A stretch of 63,674 bases of DNA, the filler included, from Licmophora abbreviata (taxonomy: Eukaryota): assembly GCA_900291995.1 (NCBI GenBank). It is 13 parts of 13 records of this genome, joined end to end, with 100 filler letters (N's around TTAATTAATTAA, not from the genome) between each part and the next. Parts side by side here need not be neighbours in the genome. Positions count along the whole stretch, not along the records: positions 59,973 to 62,155 come from OLMU01002854.1; positions 62,256 to 63,674 come from OLMU01002855.1; 11 more parts are not named here. The stretch is one strand, 5' to 3'. The position numbers and the translations under genes are program-made. Shown piece by piece: positions 61,853 through 63,674 of the stretch (position 1 is its first letter; each line of letters starts with the position of its first letter). The notes beneath the pieces are model-generated. The model was not told where the DNA came from. It did not search any database and worked only from the letters and a program-made list of their open reading frames with translations.

Positions 61853-63083
61853 ATGACCGCACCCCTTTTCATCGGCTCGGAAATCTATCGCGGCTCCAGC
61901 TATGGGGCGCGCCATCCTCTGTCGATCCCCCGGGTGCCCACCGTGATCGACCTCAGCCGCGCGATGGGCTGGCTGCCGCCTGCGCAATACCGCACCAGCC
62001 CCCGCGCGCGCCCCGCAGCCCTGACCGCGTTTCACACCCCCGCCTATGTCGCGGCCCTGCAAGAGGCCGAGACCACAGGCCATGTCAGCCCCGCGATCCG
62101 CGCGCGCCATGGGCTTGGCACGCTGTCCAACCCGATCTTCCCCGAGATGTTCCGCNNNNNNNNNNNNNNNNNNNNNNNNNNNNNNNNNNNNNNNNNNNNT
62201 TAATTAATTAANNNNNNNNNNNNNNNNNNNNNNNNNNNNNNNNNNNNNNNNNNNNGAGATGTTCCGCCGCCCCGCCACCGCCGCCGGCGGCTCGCTTCTG
62301 GCAACCGAGCTTCTGGCCAATGGCGGCGCGGTCTATAATCCTGGCGGCGGCACCCATCACGGGATGGCCGACCGGGCCTCGGGCTTTTGCTATCTCAACG
62401 ATCCCGTTCTGGCGCTCAAGGCGCTCTTTGCCCAGGGTCTGACCCGCATCGCCTATGTCGATATCGACGCGCATCACTCCGACGGGGTCGAGGAGGCCAT
62501 GGCCGGCACACCGGGTCTTCTGATGATCTCGACGCATGAGGCAAACCGCTGGCCCTTCACCGGCGCGCTGCACGACACGGCCCAAGGCACCGCCTTCAAC
62601 CTGCCGCTGCCGCGCGGCAGCCATGACGACGACGCCGCCTTCGCCTTGCACGAGCTGATCCTGCCCGCGCTCTGCGCCCACCGCCCTGATGCCATTGTCC
62701 TGCAATGCGGCGCCGATGCGGTGCTCGAGGATCCTCTCTCACGGCTGGCATGGTCCAACAACGCCCATTTCGAGGCGCTGCGCCTCATCGCCCCGCTCAG
62801 TCCTCGGCTTCTGCTGCTCGGGGGCGGCGGCTACAACCCATGGAGCGTCGGACGCCTCTGGACTGGTCTCTGGGCGACGCTCAACGGCCATGCGATCCCC
62901 GAGCATCTGCCCGATCCGGCCCGCGATGTGCTGTCTGCCCTCAGCTGGTCGCGCAAGGGCAGCACCCCGCGTCCGGCACATTGGACCACAACAATCCACG
63001 ACACGCCCCGCCCCGGCCCCGTGCATGACTCTGTCCGCACCGGCGTGCAGTCGTTGCGGGCGCGTCTGGCAGCGCATGTCTGA
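61853..63083 (+). CDS. acuC: AcuC / histone-deacetylase-family protein (split by gap; contig ends overlap)
   Basis: HPLSIPR, GGTHHG, GFCYLND, DIDAHHSDG, GADA..DPL, GGGGY. Confidence 0.88.
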
Positions 63084-63194
63084 CGCGCCCGCCTGACGCA
63101 CAGGTCTGACGCACAGGCCTGCCCCCTTGCAATCCCCCCCGATCCGGGCGACCTCTAGGGTCCAAACCGCCTTTGCCACAACACGGACCCCGCC

Positions 63195-63674
63195 ATGTCC
63201 TCCAGTACACCGCCCTCCAACGATCCTTTCGCCATTCCCGCCGACACGCTCGGGATGGACCCCGCCACGATGCGCCGTCTGGGTCACAAGGTGGTGGACA
63301 TGGTGGTCGACCGACTGGAACGCCGCAACACCGAGGCCGTCATCACCACCGGCAATGCCGCTGACCTGACAGCACGCCTCGGCGGCCCCCTGCAAGACGC
63401 GCCCTCCGATCCCGACGCGGCTCTGGATCTTCTGGCAGAGGTGGCGCTCACCAACATGCAACACGGCGATCACCCGCGCTATTTCGCCCGCGTTCCGGGG
63501 CCTGCGGCCTTCGCCGCCACCCTTGGTGACTGGCTGGGCACCGGCTTCAACACGATCTGCGCCAGCTGGGGCGGCGGCTCGGGTCCGGCGGTGGTGGAAA
63601 CCACCGTCTGCGCTTGGGTGGCCGAGATGCTCGGCCTGCCCGCCCGCACCGAAGGCGTGCTGTTGTCGGGCGGC
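63195..63674 (+). CDS. Group II PLP-dependent decarboxylase (aromatic amino acid/glutamate type), N-terminal part
   Basis: Manual translation MSSSTPP...MRRLGHKVVDMVVD...HPRYFARVP...GPAVVE....W.AEMLGLP...GVLLSGG; open to the window end. Confidence 0.88.
   Translation, partial: MSSSTPPSNDPFAIPADTLGMDPATMRRLGHKVVDMVVDRLERRNTEAVITTGNAADLTARLGGPLQDAPSDPDAALDLLAEVALTNMQHGDHPRYFARVPGPAAFAATLGDWLGTGFNTICASWGGGSGPAVVETTVCAWVAEMLGLPARTEGVLLSGG

Overview
High-GC alphaproteobacterial chromosomal scaffold, inferred to be Roseobacter group (Roseovarius-like) from gene content. It is a draft assembly with 12 artificial 100-nt gap linkers (N44-TTAATTAATTAA-N44) and several homopolymer frameshifts. From left to right: (1) recN-bamD-lpxC and the dcw cell-division cluster (ftsZ to mraZ; ftsW, murD, mraY and most of murF are missing in a gap), preceded by a long UpsM-like leader. 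(2) A DMSP locus: a FadR/GntR regulator divergent from DUF2182-DUF1326-dmdA, then acuI, usp and GNAT. (3) Housekeeping genes: Lon-N, cnoX/ybbN, xth, cenR, ribA, pyrG, secG, purA. (4) A creatinase cluster with TRIC-family, LysR, PotABCD-like ABC and GlxA-type AraC genes. (5) Hypotheticals, a TerB pair and a polar amino acid ABC transporter. (6) A sox thiosulfate-oxidation cluster (soxTRS-VWXYZABCDEF). (7) Acyl-CoA dehydrogenase, an AcuC-like deacetylase and a truncated group II PLP decarboxylase. The best candidates for novelty are the Cys-rich DUF2182/DUF1326 pair leading the dmdA operon, a ~76-nt FNR-box-driven anti-SD sRNA between cenR and xth, a candidate creatine uptake system, a 42-aa ORF coupled to soxE, an internal ATTC-N8-GAAT operator before soxC, and a five-copy REP-like repeat family. 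All family assignments come from motif recognition by eye; no database searches were run.
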